32,000 bases of DNA from assembly GCA_005524015.1 (NCBI GenBank), contig SULG01000002.1, positions 4,221 to 36,220 on the forward strand. The letters run 5' to 3'. The stretch comes from Candidatus Jettenia ecosi. GTDB taxonomy: Bacteria > Planctomycetota > Brocadiia > Brocadiales > Brocadiaceae. The notes beneath the pieces are model-generated. The model had not been told where the DNA came from and made no database searches. It saw only the letters and a program-made list of their open reading frames with translations. Below, in pieces: positions 7,662 to 16,238 of the stretch (its first letter is position 1; each line of letters starts with the position of its first letter). The translations under genes and the position numbers were made by a program.

Positions 7662-8861
7662 ATGGTCTGTTTTTTGCTTACAAGACTAATTGGAGATTTC
7701 AGATTGGAGATATCAAAATTTATTCATACATTGACTGAAAATGAACAGGCGAGGCTATTGCTCGCTGGCTTGAATGACCTTGCGTATATCTATGATACAG
7801 AGGGAAATATTGTATTTGTAAACAAAGTATTTGAGAAGCTGACAGGACATAGACCGGAAGAATTCTTTGGAAAATCATTCACGTCTCTTTTTGAAGAAGA
7901 GGATATAAAAAAGGCGCTGGATACTTATACAAGAACGCTTCAGGGGGAGAGCCCCCACTATGAAATCTATTTTAGAAATACAAAAGTGTTCTGTGAGTAT
8001 AAGAATTCTCCTTTGACAGATGAGAGGGGAAATATAATTGGAGTTGCTGGTATTGCCAGAGATATTACCCTCCGTAAGGAACGCGAAGAAGAATTGAAAA
8101 CACTTAACAAATCTTTAGAGAAGCGGGCAGTTGAACATTCAACAAAACTCATGAAGATAAATGAAGAATTAACAGAAGAAATGAACGATCATAAACGGAT
8201 AGAGACAGAATTCAAACAAGATATTGAGAAGTTACAGAGGTCTTTAAGGATAATTATTCATATTCTTGCCTCTACGATTGAGTCGAAAGACATTTTTGCG
8301 GCGGATCACCAAAAACGTGTAACCCGGCTTGCCCGATGTATAGCAGAGGAGATGGGTCTTTTAAAGGACAGGGTTGATAGTATCTGTTTGGCAGCCGCTC
8401 TTCATGATATAGGAAAAGTGTCTGTGCCGGCAGAGATCCTTGGAAAAGTTGAGCAGCTTACCGAGAGTGAATTGAATGTGCTTAAGGCTCATTCGAGGGT
8501 AGGCTATGATATAGTAAGAGAAATAGAATTTCCTTCCCCTGTTGCTCAAATTGTGCTTCAGCATCATGAAAGAATTGATGGTTCCGGATATCCCATGCGT
8601 CTGACAAGTAAAGATATACTTTTGGAAGCCAAGATTTTAAGTGTGGCCGATGTTGTAGAGGCGATATCCTTTCCTCGTCCTTACCGGTCAACCTTTGGTC
8701 TGGATAATGCGCTGGAGGAAATCTCCAGAAACAAGGGCATTCTTTACGATTTTAATGTGGTGAACGCCTGTCTGACTGTTTTTCATGAAAAAGGATTTAC
8801 CTTTGAACAGGAATTGTACTCAAATGTAAAACTTTTCGACGATGTTTTATTGAGGAGATAA
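7662..8861 (+). CDS. PAS-domain HD-GYP phosphodiesterase (c-di-GMP hydrolysis)
   Basis: PAS segment ending 'ARDITLRK', a coiled coil, then HD-GYP motifs 'HDIGK' and 'HHERIDGSGYP'. The exact start is uncertain. Confidence 0.85.
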   Translation: MVCFLLTRLIGDFRLEISKFIHTLTENEQARLLLAGLNDLAYIYDTEGNIVFVNKVFEKLTGHRPEEFFGKSFTSLFEEEDIKKALDTYTRTLQGESPHYEIYFRNTKVFCEYKNSPLTDERGNIIGVAGIARDITLRKEREEELKTLNKSLEKRAVEHSTKLMKINEELTEEMNDHKRIETEFKQDIEKLQRSLRIIIHILASTIESKDIFAADHQKRVTRLARCIAEEMGLLKDRVDSICLAAALHDIGKVSVPAEILGKVEQLTESELNVLKAHSRVGYDIVREIEFPSPVAQIVLQHHERIDGSGYPMRLTSKDILLEAKILSVADVVEAISFPRPYRSTFGLDNALEEISRNKGILYDFNVVNACLTVFHEKGFTFEQELYSNVKLFDDVLLRR

Positions 8862-8970
8862 TTTTGTTGTCTAATAGCGGGACACAGATTAACACAGATA
8901 AGTACAAAATGTAGCGAAAGTTGATCTTTGGTTGTATGCAAATGTAGGGAACATACGGAACCTTAAACAT

Positions 8971-9052
8971 GTCATTGCGAGGGGTATTTTCCCGAAGCAA
9001 TCTCTTTTGAAATGTCCAAGGGATTGCTTCGGACAATACCCCTCGCAATGAC
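8971..9052. repeat. Nested-palindrome intergenic element, copy 3 of 3 (inverted)
   Basis: Same arms as the other copies. The asymmetric TATTGTCCGAAGC segment is on the opposite side, showing inverted orientation. Lies 110 nt after the HD-GYP stop. Confidence 0.85.
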
Positions 9053-9197
9053 ACAGCCCCATGCAGTTGAACCGATACAAATCGTATTATCATGAATTAT
9101 ATTGACAGTGTACTGGTCTGATCAGAACGTTCGGTATCGTCGTATTTCCTAACACAAGTTTAAAATCTGGAGTACCTTCGAAAGAGGATAATAGTAC

Positions 9198-9476
9198 ATG
9201 AGAACCAATAAATTCTTTGTATGTCCAAACTGTGGCAATATCAAAAAATTTAAAGTATTTATGAGTAATTTTCAAATAGTTACGCAATCCCCGGAATTAG
9301 GAATACGCATGAATGAAAGCGGTGTTTTGCCTAATTTGCGGCAGGCAGATAATTATATTGAGTGTCAACTATGTTTTAAAAAATCAGAATACGACGCAGC
9401 TGTAAATCTTGGTGAGAAATATATCAAAGACATATCAAATCAACCGAGGGAATTAAGGCGGTATACTGAGATGTAA
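9198..9476 (+). CDS. Small hypothetical zinc-ribbon protein (CPNC...CQLC)
   Basis: 92-aa ORF with SD AGAGGA about 9 nt upstream of the ATG and two CxxC pairs. No recognisable family. Confidence 0.5.
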   Translation: MRTNKFFVCPNCGNIKKFKVFMSNFQIVTQSPELGIRMNESGVLPNLRQADNYIECQLCFKKSEYDAAVNLGEKYIKDISNQPRELRRYTEM

Positions 9477-9864
9477 CAAGTAGTTAATCTGACAAAGCAA
9501 AATGTATGTTATGCATACAGTGTTGTATGATTTAAAAACAGATAAACATACATATAAAGATTTTATTTTAGAATACTTATGATAATTTATAGGTAAAACA
9601 GTATGAACAACATACAGAAAGTACGAATAAAAATTTCTCTTTATGGAAAAGGGATACTCCAATAAATTAAATACATGTATTGTAATAAGTTATATTTTAA
9701 ATAGTTATACATTATCCTTATAAAAATTTTCACATAAGGCATTTCCTGGCAAGTACATTGCTTATGATGGGATGGCAATGTTATACAGCATTAAAAATAA
9801 TTTTGCATGGTATCTTGTTTCGGGTGTCTGTTTGAAGAAATAAACAAGATTAATAAAAGATGCA

Positions 9865-10857
9865 ATGAAACTAATTGAAAACTATAAAAAAATAAGAGTT
9901 GTGAATAAAGCGTTAAATACAGCGCCAAATCATGTGAAGATGGAAGTAAACCATTATGCCCTTGTTGAAACATTTGTAGATGCTATTATATCGGCAAATC
10001 AGGAAGGGTGTATTGTTTACTGTAACCCTGCGGCAAAAAAGATGTTTGGATATCAGGAAGAAATCATTGGTTGCGATATTACCATCCTTATGCCTGAACG
10101 ATATCGGCTAAAATATCAAATAGGTATGACGAAGTACATAAATACAGGGCTAACAAGGATTATGGGACAAACCATAGAGTTAGTTGGTTTAAAGAAGGAT
10201 GGTATTGAATTTCCCATAGAGTTATCTGTATCGGCATGCGTGGTTGATGATCGATATTTTTTTACCGGTATTATCCGGGATATTACTGAAAGAAAGTGTA
10301 CGGAGTCTAAACTCCTTGAATCTAACAGGAAATTGCAAGAGCTTTCTATTAAGGATAGTTTAACGAATTTATATAATCGGCGTCATACCTTTCATGTAAT
10401 GGAAATTGAATTCAACAGGGCAAAAAGATATCAAAACTCTCTCTCATGTTTAATGATCGATATAGATTATTTTAAAAATATCAATGATATTTATGGTCAT
10501 CCCTTTGGAGATAAAGTACTCATACATTTTTCCTCCTTTTTACTCAATATGATACGCTCTACCGATATAGTTTCCCGGTATGGAGGTGAGGAGTTTCTTG
10601 TTATTCTTCCTGATGTAGATATAAAGGGCGCTACGGACTTTGCTGAAAGATTACGGGAAGCCGTATCTAGACATACTATAGAGGATAAAGAAAGGAATAT
10701 AAATGTGGCGTTGAGCATTAGTGTTGGAGTCAGCTCTTTTACCGATAGCACACTTAATAAAGAAGAAATAATAAGCCTGGCAGATAAAGCCCTTTACGAG
10801 GCCAAGCGATCGGGAAGAAACAGAGTTTGCTGTATTCAAACTTGTAAGACTGTTTAA
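9865..10857 (+). CDS. PAS-domain diguanylate cyclase (GGDEF)
   Basis: PAS segment ending 'IRDITERK'. GGDEF domain with active site 'RYGGEEF' and I-site 'RSTD' five residues upstream. Confidence 0.9.
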   Translation: MKLIENYKKIRVVNKALNTAPNHVKMEVNHYALVETFVDAIISANQEGCIVYCNPAAKKMFGYQEEIIGCDITILMPERYRLKYQIGMTKYINTGLTRIMGQTIELVGLKKDGIEFPIELSVSACVVDDRYFFTGIIRDITERKCTESKLLESNRKLQELSIKDSLTNLYNRRHTFHVMEIEFNRAKRYQNSLSCLMIDIDYFKNINDIYGHPFGDKVLIHFSSFLLNMIRSTDIVSRYGGEEFLVILPDVDIKGATDFAERLREAVSRHTIEDKERNINVALSISVGVSSFTDSTLNKEEIISLADKALYEAKRSGRNRVCCIQTCKTV

Positions 10858-10922
10858 AAAGCATAACTGTATCCGTATCTTTAAAACACTAAGAGGAACA
10901 CAAGACGTAGAGACGCAAGGTT

Positions 10923-10948
10923 TAGAGACGCAAGATTTTGCGTCTCTA
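10923..10948 (+). terminator. Hairpin TAGAGACGCAA-GATT-TTGCGTCTCTA after the GGDEF gene
   Basis: 11-bp perfect stem with a 4-nt loop, 66 nt after the stop. It is preceded by a direct half-copy (TAGAGACGCAAG at 10908-10919). No U-tract follows, so terminator function is uncertain. Confidence 0.4.
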
Positions 10949-10962
10949 CAGAGGAATGAACC

Positions 10963-11148
10963 CCATATGCATCAAGCTAACATGTGTAAACGGTGAAGAA
11001 TAACATAATCCCCCTTTAGAAAAGGGGGAAATCCAATCCCCCTTTGATCCCCCTTTAAAAAAGCTTATCCTTACCCACATCTTTTCAATCCCTTGCGGGT
11101 TCAATTTTGTAAATTGAACCCCTATATTTTGCATAGTCGATAGCTCAT
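10963..11148. repeat. Composite of dispersed repeats (inverted copies of 2084-2132 and 4730-4788, plus CCCCCTTT/AAAGGGGG motifs)
   Basis: 10969-11017 is the reverse complement of 2084-2132 (1-2 mismatches). 11090-11148 is the reverse complement of 4730-4788. CCATATGCATCAAGC is also found at 1776. Confidence 0.8.
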
Positions 11149-11426
11149 AGCGTTTTCATGGTTAAATACATAAGGAAATATTCCAAATTGAGGGTTCAGG
11201 TTATAAACCCGAACCCGCCCAAGGATCGATCATTGATCAGATTATCGTTCGAATGTCAGGTTCCATAACAATAATGCAAGCCCGAAGAGCGGCATGATTA
11301 TAGAGAATGCACTACGAGAGAATTTTAAGCAGTTGAAATTGTCATTGACATTAATTTTGTAAACTTGTAAAATGCCATTTTCTCAGTGACAGATACTTGT
11401 ATGATAAGTAGTTACAATAATTCCCA

Positions 11427-11822
11427 TTGTTGCATGAAATAAATATGTATATTGGCATTGATATAATAGAAATAAAACGTATTGAGAGATTATTTTCTTC
11501 TAATGAGGGTTTTCTGAGGAAAATTTATACGGAAAAAGAAGTAGAATACTGTAATCAAAAAAAGAATAAGTATCAGCATTTTGCAGCACGTTTTGCTACC
11601 AAAGAGGCTGTATTCAAGGCGTTAGGGACAGGCTGGATAGGCGCTATGAAATGGACAGATATTGAGTTGTTAAACGACGAAATGGGAAAACCGTATTTGA
11701 ACCTTTATGGAAGTGTAAAAGAACTGGCAAATAAAAAGAATATTAACAATATTTCCGTATCAGTATCCCATTGCCGGGATTATGCTATTGCTCAGGTATT
11801 ATTAGTGCCGGGTAGTATGTGA
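11427..11822 (+). CDS. acpS: Holo-[acyl-carrier-protein] synthase (AcpS-type 4'-phosphopantetheinyl transferase)
   Basis: 'IGIDIIEIKRI' N-terminus and 'FATKEAVFKALG' motif, with AcpS-like size. The track start is TTG at 11427. The ATG at 11445 (MYIGIDI...) is the more likely start. Confidence 0.85.
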   Translation: MLHEINMYIGIDIIEIKRIERLFSSNEGFLRKIYTEKEVEYCNQKKNKYQHFAARFATKEAVFKALGTGWIGAMKWTDIELLNDEMGKPYLNLYGSVKELANKKNINNISVSVSHCRDYAIAQVLLVPGSM

Positions 11823-11912
11823 AAATCTCAAACAGGGAAAAGTATAAAGGGTATCGATGTGATTTTTATAGATAAGTTTTGACAATACTTACTAACGCCA
11901 GAGGGAACTTTC

Positions 11913-13391
11913 ATGAAAAAACTCGTACTGATTAATCCTCATCCGATTGGAAATGTTGGGGAGGAAAATGTATCTGTGCTAAATCAAATGCCGGTGAATC
12001 TCGGTTATCTTAAGAGATTGACACCGCGGCATTGGCAGGTTGATATTATTGATGAGACCCAGGAGCTTGCTATTGATAGCGCAGGAAATATTACTTTCAG
12101 TGGGGCAGATCTGGTGGGTATTACATCGGTGAGTTATCAGGCTCATCGCGCCTACCAAATAGCTACTGCCTGCAAAAAAAAAGGCATACCTGTCATTATG
12201 GGCGGAATTCATGCTACGAGCTATCCGGAAGAGGTTGCAAAATATGTGGATTGTGTTGTTACGAGAGAGGCTATAACAATCTGGGAAAAGATACTGGCTG
12301 ATTTTGAAAATGGTGTTCTTCAAAAGAGATACGATGGTAATCTGACACCTATGGAGCTTTATCGTGATCTGAGGTCCGATAGGGAATATTTGAAGAATAA
12401 ATACAAATATAGATATTCAGGCATCATAACGACGGCCGGATGCCCGTTTAGTTGCGAGTTTTGTTCTGTTCCTCAATTTCAGGGTAAAAAATATCGGGAA
12501 AGGCCTGTTGAAGACGTCCTGGATGAATTAGAATCCATTAAGGGTCAATATCGTGGCCTGATATTAACGGATGAAAACTTTTATGGACATAGTAAAAAAT
12601 CCAACGAGCGTGTTCGTGCACTTTTCAAGGGTATGGTAGAAAGAGGTATTTATCAAAACTGGTTTGGTTTTACCTCTCTTAATATTTACTCAGATGACGA
12701 AACCCTTGAATATATGGTCAGGAGTGGATGCGTTGGGATGCTTATTGGAATTGAATCTATCAACGAAGAAGCCCTGAAAACCATGAATAAGAATGTGAAT
12801 TTGCGTATCTCAATAGAGAAGTACTTCGAGGCAATTGCTAACATCCGTAAACACGGTCTTGCTGTATGGGGGACTATGGTTTTCGGAAACGATGCCGATA
12901 CGCCTGAGACATTTAAGCAAGTTGCTGATTTTGTCTTGGATTCTCATGTAGATATTATGACGTGCGGTATTTTATGTCCATTTATTAACACGCCGCTTTA
13001 TCATAGATTAAAAAGCGATAATAGACTTTTTCGGACAAATTTTCCTGAGGACTGGAAGTACTATACATCTCATCACCTTACCTATATCCTCAAAAATATG
13101 TCTCTCCAGGAGCTTATTGATGGCTTTCAATATCTCTATGATAAAATTTATGCTACGGAGGTGTTACGGCAAAGATTCCAGAATGCTAAGGACGTGTTGA
13201 GTAAGAATATGAATGCCGCTATGTTTGCATTCAGGGTCAATTTAGATTGGCAGAACGTGTATCAGCACCTGATCCAAAATTTAAAAGCATTGCAGGTATC
13301 GGGATTTTACGATAGGGTCCTGAAGCTCTATAATGAATCGGAAAGACAAGGGGAAAAAACATCATTGACGCCAATTGAGGTCCCATCATAA
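11913..13391 (+). CDS. B12-binding-domain radical SAM enzyme (class B rSAM)
   Basis: N-terminal flavodoxin-like B12-binding-type segment ('DLVGITSVSYQAHRAYQIATACKKKGIPVIMGGIHAT'). Radical SAM cluster motif CxxxCxxC in 'AGCPFSCEFCSVPQF'. SD AGAGGGA upstream. Confidence 0.85.
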   Translation: MKKLVLINPHPIGNVGEENVSVLNQMPVNLGYLKRLTPRHWQVDIIDETQELAIDSAGNITFSGADLVGITSVSYQAHRAYQIATACKKKGIPVIMGGIHATSYPEEVAKYVDCVVTREAITIWEKILADFENGVLQKRYDGNLTPMELYRDLRSDREYLKNKYKYRYSGIITTAGCPFSCEFCSVPQFQGKKYRERPVEDVLDELESIKGQYRGLILTDENFYGHSKKSNERVRALFKGMVERGIYQNWFGFTSLNIYSDDETLEYMVRSGCVGMLIGIESINEEALKTMNKNVNLRISIEKYFEAIANIRKHGLAVWGTMVFGNDADTPETFKQVADFVLDSHVDIMTCGILCPFINTPLYHRLKSDNRLFRTNFPEDWKYYTSHHLTYILKNMSLQELIDGFQYLYDKIYATEVLRQRFQNAKDVLSKNMNAAMFAFRVNLDWQNVYQHLIQNLKALQVSGFYDRVLKLYNESERQGEKTSLTPIEVPS

Positions 13392-13450
13392 AACCTGTCA
13401 ACGATGGAAGCTTATTCTCATGGTCTTTTTACGTTATATTAACAATTAAC

Positions 13451-13501
13451 AGGTCAACGTATCCACGGGAGATGAGTGAATACGTTGACCTCTGTTGTTT
13501 T
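13451..13501 (+). terminator. Rho-independent-type terminator after the radical SAM gene
   Basis: Perfect 12-bp stem AGGTCAACGTAT (13451-62) / ATACGTTGACCT (13480-91) with a 17-nt loop, followed by the T-rich CTGTTGTTTT. Confidence 0.5.
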
Positions 13502-13762
13502 ACCAGTTAAAATAGATATACCAGTAGAGTTCATAATTACAGAAAATAGCGCACGGGCAAGAATGGAGCATAGGTTATGCCATCCACAAAGGATAAATCA
13601 AGAAGCAGGGAGTTTGATATAATCGCTTTTATCGAGGCACTGAAAGAGGTTTACGATTACTTTCCCGAGTATAAAGGAAAAAGAATAATTCCCATATTTT
13701 CTTCCCTTTCTATTTTACTTGAGTAATTACAATTTTAACAACCTACGAATGAGGTATTATTT

Positions 13763-14995
13763 CTGATTACTGAAAAAAATAAGTCAAAAGTAGTAATTAC
13801 CGGATTAGGACTGGTTACCCCTGTTGGGATAGGTGTTCAAAAAAGTTGGGAATCTTTTATCCATGGCTGCGATGGAGCTAATGAGATGAAGTCGTTCGAT
13901 ACCTCCCGGTACAAGGTTCACCGTTCTTGTGAGGTAAAGGATTTTCATCTGGATGTTGAATTAGAGAACCAGATAAAGGAAAACACCATCCATAAATATG
14001 TTTATTATGCAGCCCGGGAGGCGTTACAGGAAAGCGGTTTGTTGCATGATAAGAGCAGTTTTGATAAGGAACGTTTTGGTATTGCTATGGGAACCTTAGC
14101 TGCTGAATTAACACCTCATGAAAGACTTTTACGATTACATGCCTCAAAAAAAGATAACGGTTTTGATAAGATTGTCGCTGCTGTTTATCCTCCGAATTCT
14201 ATTACGAATATCCTTGCTCAATATTTTCACTTTGAAGGGCCTGCCATGGTCTCACTGAATGCCTGTTCTTCAGGTAATCATGCCATTGCATGGGCTTACG
14301 ACCTTCTTAGAGAAAATAAGGTAGATGTTGTAATGGTTGGTGGAGGGGATATGATCCCTCAAACGGAATTTACTCATTTCCATAATCTCAAAGCGCTTGC
14401 TCCTGAACACTGTCAGCCTTTTGATAAAAACAGGCAAGGACTCATGATTGGAGAAGGAGCCGGTATCTTGATCATGGAACGTTATGAATTTGCCAGGAAA
14501 AGGGGGGCGGTTATTATTGCTGAAATGGCGGGTTATGGATTAAGCTGTGATGGATTCCATATGACAGCGCCTCATCCGGAAGGTGAAGGTGCTGTAAAAT
14601 GTATGGGTGATGCGCTAAAAATGGCAAGGCTTTCTCCGTCTGATATTGGCTATATCAATGCACATGGTACGGGTACGCCACATAATGATAAGGCGGAGAC
14701 TATTGCTATAAAACACTTGTTCAAAGATCATGCTTATACCATTCCCTGCAGTTCTACAAAATCCATGATAGGCCATCTTATGGGTGCAGCAAGCGCTGTA
14801 GAATCTGTTATATGCTGTCTTGCATTACGATACGGAATATTGCCTCCGACAATTCATTACCATACACCTGATCCGGAGTGTGACCTTGATTACTTACCTA
14901 ACAGGGCGCGGGAGTTAACCGTTCAGCATGTTTTAAATAACTCATTTGCCTTTGGTGGTAATAACGCTACCACGATATTCAGTAAAATAGAATAG
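13763..14995 (+). CDS. Beta-ketoacyl synthase, FabF/KS-alpha type, catalytically complete
   Basis: Cys-His-His triad present: 'NACSSGNHAI', 'FHMTAPHP', 'NAHGTGTPHNDKAE', plus 'KSMIGHLMGAA'. The track ORF starts at ATG 13886, but the same frame is open from 13739 and encodes the conserved KS N-terminus 'KVVITGLGLVTPVGIG'. No ATG/GTG/TTG is available, so the proposed start is CTG 13763 with SD GAGG 8 nt upstream. Confidence 0.85.
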   Translation: MITEKNKSKVVITGLGLVTPVGIGVQKSWESFIHGCDGANEMKSFDTSRYKVHRSCEVKDFHLDVELENQIKENTIHKYVYYAAREALQESGLLHDKSSFDKERFGIAMGTLAAELTPHERLLRLHASKKDNGFDKIVAAVYPPNSITNILAQYFHFEGPAMVSLNACSSGNHAIAWAYDLLRENKVDVVMVGGGDMIPQTEFTHFHNLKALAPEHCQPFDKNRQGLMIGEGAGILIMERYEFARKRGAVIIAEMAGYGLSCDGFHMTAPHPEGEGAVKCMGDALKMARLSPSDIGYINAHGTGTPHNDKAETIAIKHLFKDHAYTIPCSSTKSMIGHLMGAASAVESVICCLALRYGILPPTIHYHTPDPECDLDYLPNRARELTVQHVLNNSFAFGGNNATTIFSKIE

Positions 14996-15008
14996 TCTTT
15001 ACATACGT

Positions 15009-16238
15009 ATGAAACGAAGAGTCGTAGTTACAGGAATAGGGATTGTATCACCTCTTGGATTTACCAAAGAGGATTTTTGGAATAACCTCATAGAGGGAAA
15101 ATCGGGCATTGTGCCAATGACATCTCTTGATCTCTCACCCTATACATGCAAGCTTGGCGGAGAGGTTAGAGACCTTCATCCCGAGATCTATCTTGGCAAT
15201 AAAGGTTTGAAGTACTTACATAAAGGCACAAGGTTCTTAGGGTCGGCCACGAAGATGGCGCTTGATGATGCAAAGTTACCACAGGATAGTTCTTTATCGG
15301 ATCAAATAGGTGTGGTTATTGGGTCGTCTTTAGGCAATTTTTCTGAAACAACAGATTATTTCTATGAGATTATCAGAAATAATCCTTCAGAATTATCGCC
15401 GATGGTCAGCTATGATGTTGCATTAAATTCTTCAATTAACTACGTTTCTGTTACCTTTAAGATAAAAGGACTTGCACGGACTATATCAGCAGGTTTCACA
15501 TCAAGTGCGGATGCGATAGGGAATGCATATGGTATAATTCAGCGAGATATGGCCAAAGTTATTGTTGCGGGCGGAGTCGAGCAGATTTCCATCGATCTGT
15601 ATCTCATATTTTACCTGCGGGGTCTCTTATCAGGTCTCGATGGCACAAAGGAGGCTAGTTTACCCTTCGATAACAAAAGGAATGGTTTTGTAATGTCTGA
15701 AGGCAGTTATGTAGTTATTCTCGAAGAGCTTCAGCATGCTCTGGACAGAGGAGCGCCTATCTACGCAGAAGTAAGAGGCTTTGGAAATGCCTTTGTAGGT
15801 GGTAAAAATTATTCGAAAGAGGAAAGGGCGCGCCGTGTTGAAAGGGCTATGTACAGCGCCTTAGAAGAAGCAGATATTAAGAAAGAAACTATTGATCTTA
15901 TCAGCGCAAATGCAAATGGATGCAAGATGCAGGATGCTATTGAAGCACAGACAATCCAATCCTTTTATGGCTCAAAGGGCAATGATATTCCTATCTCGGC
16001 AATAAAATCGAATATGGGTGAATCTTATGGCGCCGCAGGCGCTGCTCAGTTTATTTCTGCTGTCATGTCTATACATACCGGCACAATACCCCACATCATC
16101 AATCACAACGAAAAAGATCCGAAAGTTAATCTGAATCTTATCCTGCAGAATCCCGTCAGGAAAGAAATTCAAAATGCAATGGTAAACACCATGGATTACG
16201 ATGGAAATAATTCATGTTTGGTGATAAGTAAATTATGA
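15009..16238 (+). CDS. Ketosynthase-like protein lacking the catalytic triad (chain-length-factor / KS-beta-like)
   Basis: KS fold throughout (MKRRVVVTGIGIVSPLG...). By eye against E. coli FabF, the active-site Cys position is Phe ('SAGFTSSADAIG'), the HxTAP His is absent ('GFGNAFVGGKNY'), the second His is Asn ('SANANGCKMQD') and the KSxxGH His is Glu ('KSNMGESYGAAG'). Confidence 0.85.
   Translation: MKRRVVVTGIGIVSPLGFTKEDFWNNLIEGKSGIVPMTSLDLSPYTCKLGGEVRDLHPEIYLGNKGLKYLHKGTRFLGSATKMALDDAKLPQDSSLSDQIGVVIGSSLGNFSETTDYFYEIIRNNPSELSPMVSYDVALNSSINYVSVTFKIKGLARTISAGFTSSADAIGNAYGIIQRDMAKVIVAGGVEQISIDLYLIFYLRGLLSGLDGTKEASLPFDNKRNGFVMSEGSYVVILEELQHALDRGAPIYAEVRGFGNAFVGGKNYSKEERARRVERAMYSALEEADIKKETIDLISANANGCKMQDAIEAQTIQSFYGSKGNDIPISAIKSNMGESYGAAGAAQFISAVMSIHTGTIPHIINHNEKDPKVNLNLILQNPVRKEIQNAMVNTMDYDGNNSCLVISKL

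Noticed and set aside
8797-9287. Minus-strand ORFs 8797-9093, 8889-9080, 9090-9287
   Set aside because: The first two run through the nested-palindrome copy 3 (CHCEGYCPKQSL-type artefact peptides) and overlap the HD-GYP 3' end. The third is antisense to the better-supported zinc-ribbon ORF.
10946-11134. 62-aa minus-strand ORF
   Set aside because: It is composed entirely of dispersed repeat sequence (inverted copies of 2084-2132 and 4730-4788).
13577-13726. Small ORF as the missing acyl carrier protein
   Set aside because: At 49 aa it is shorter than ACPs (about 75-90 aa). It lacks the D-S-L phosphopantetheine attachment motif and the acidic helix II.
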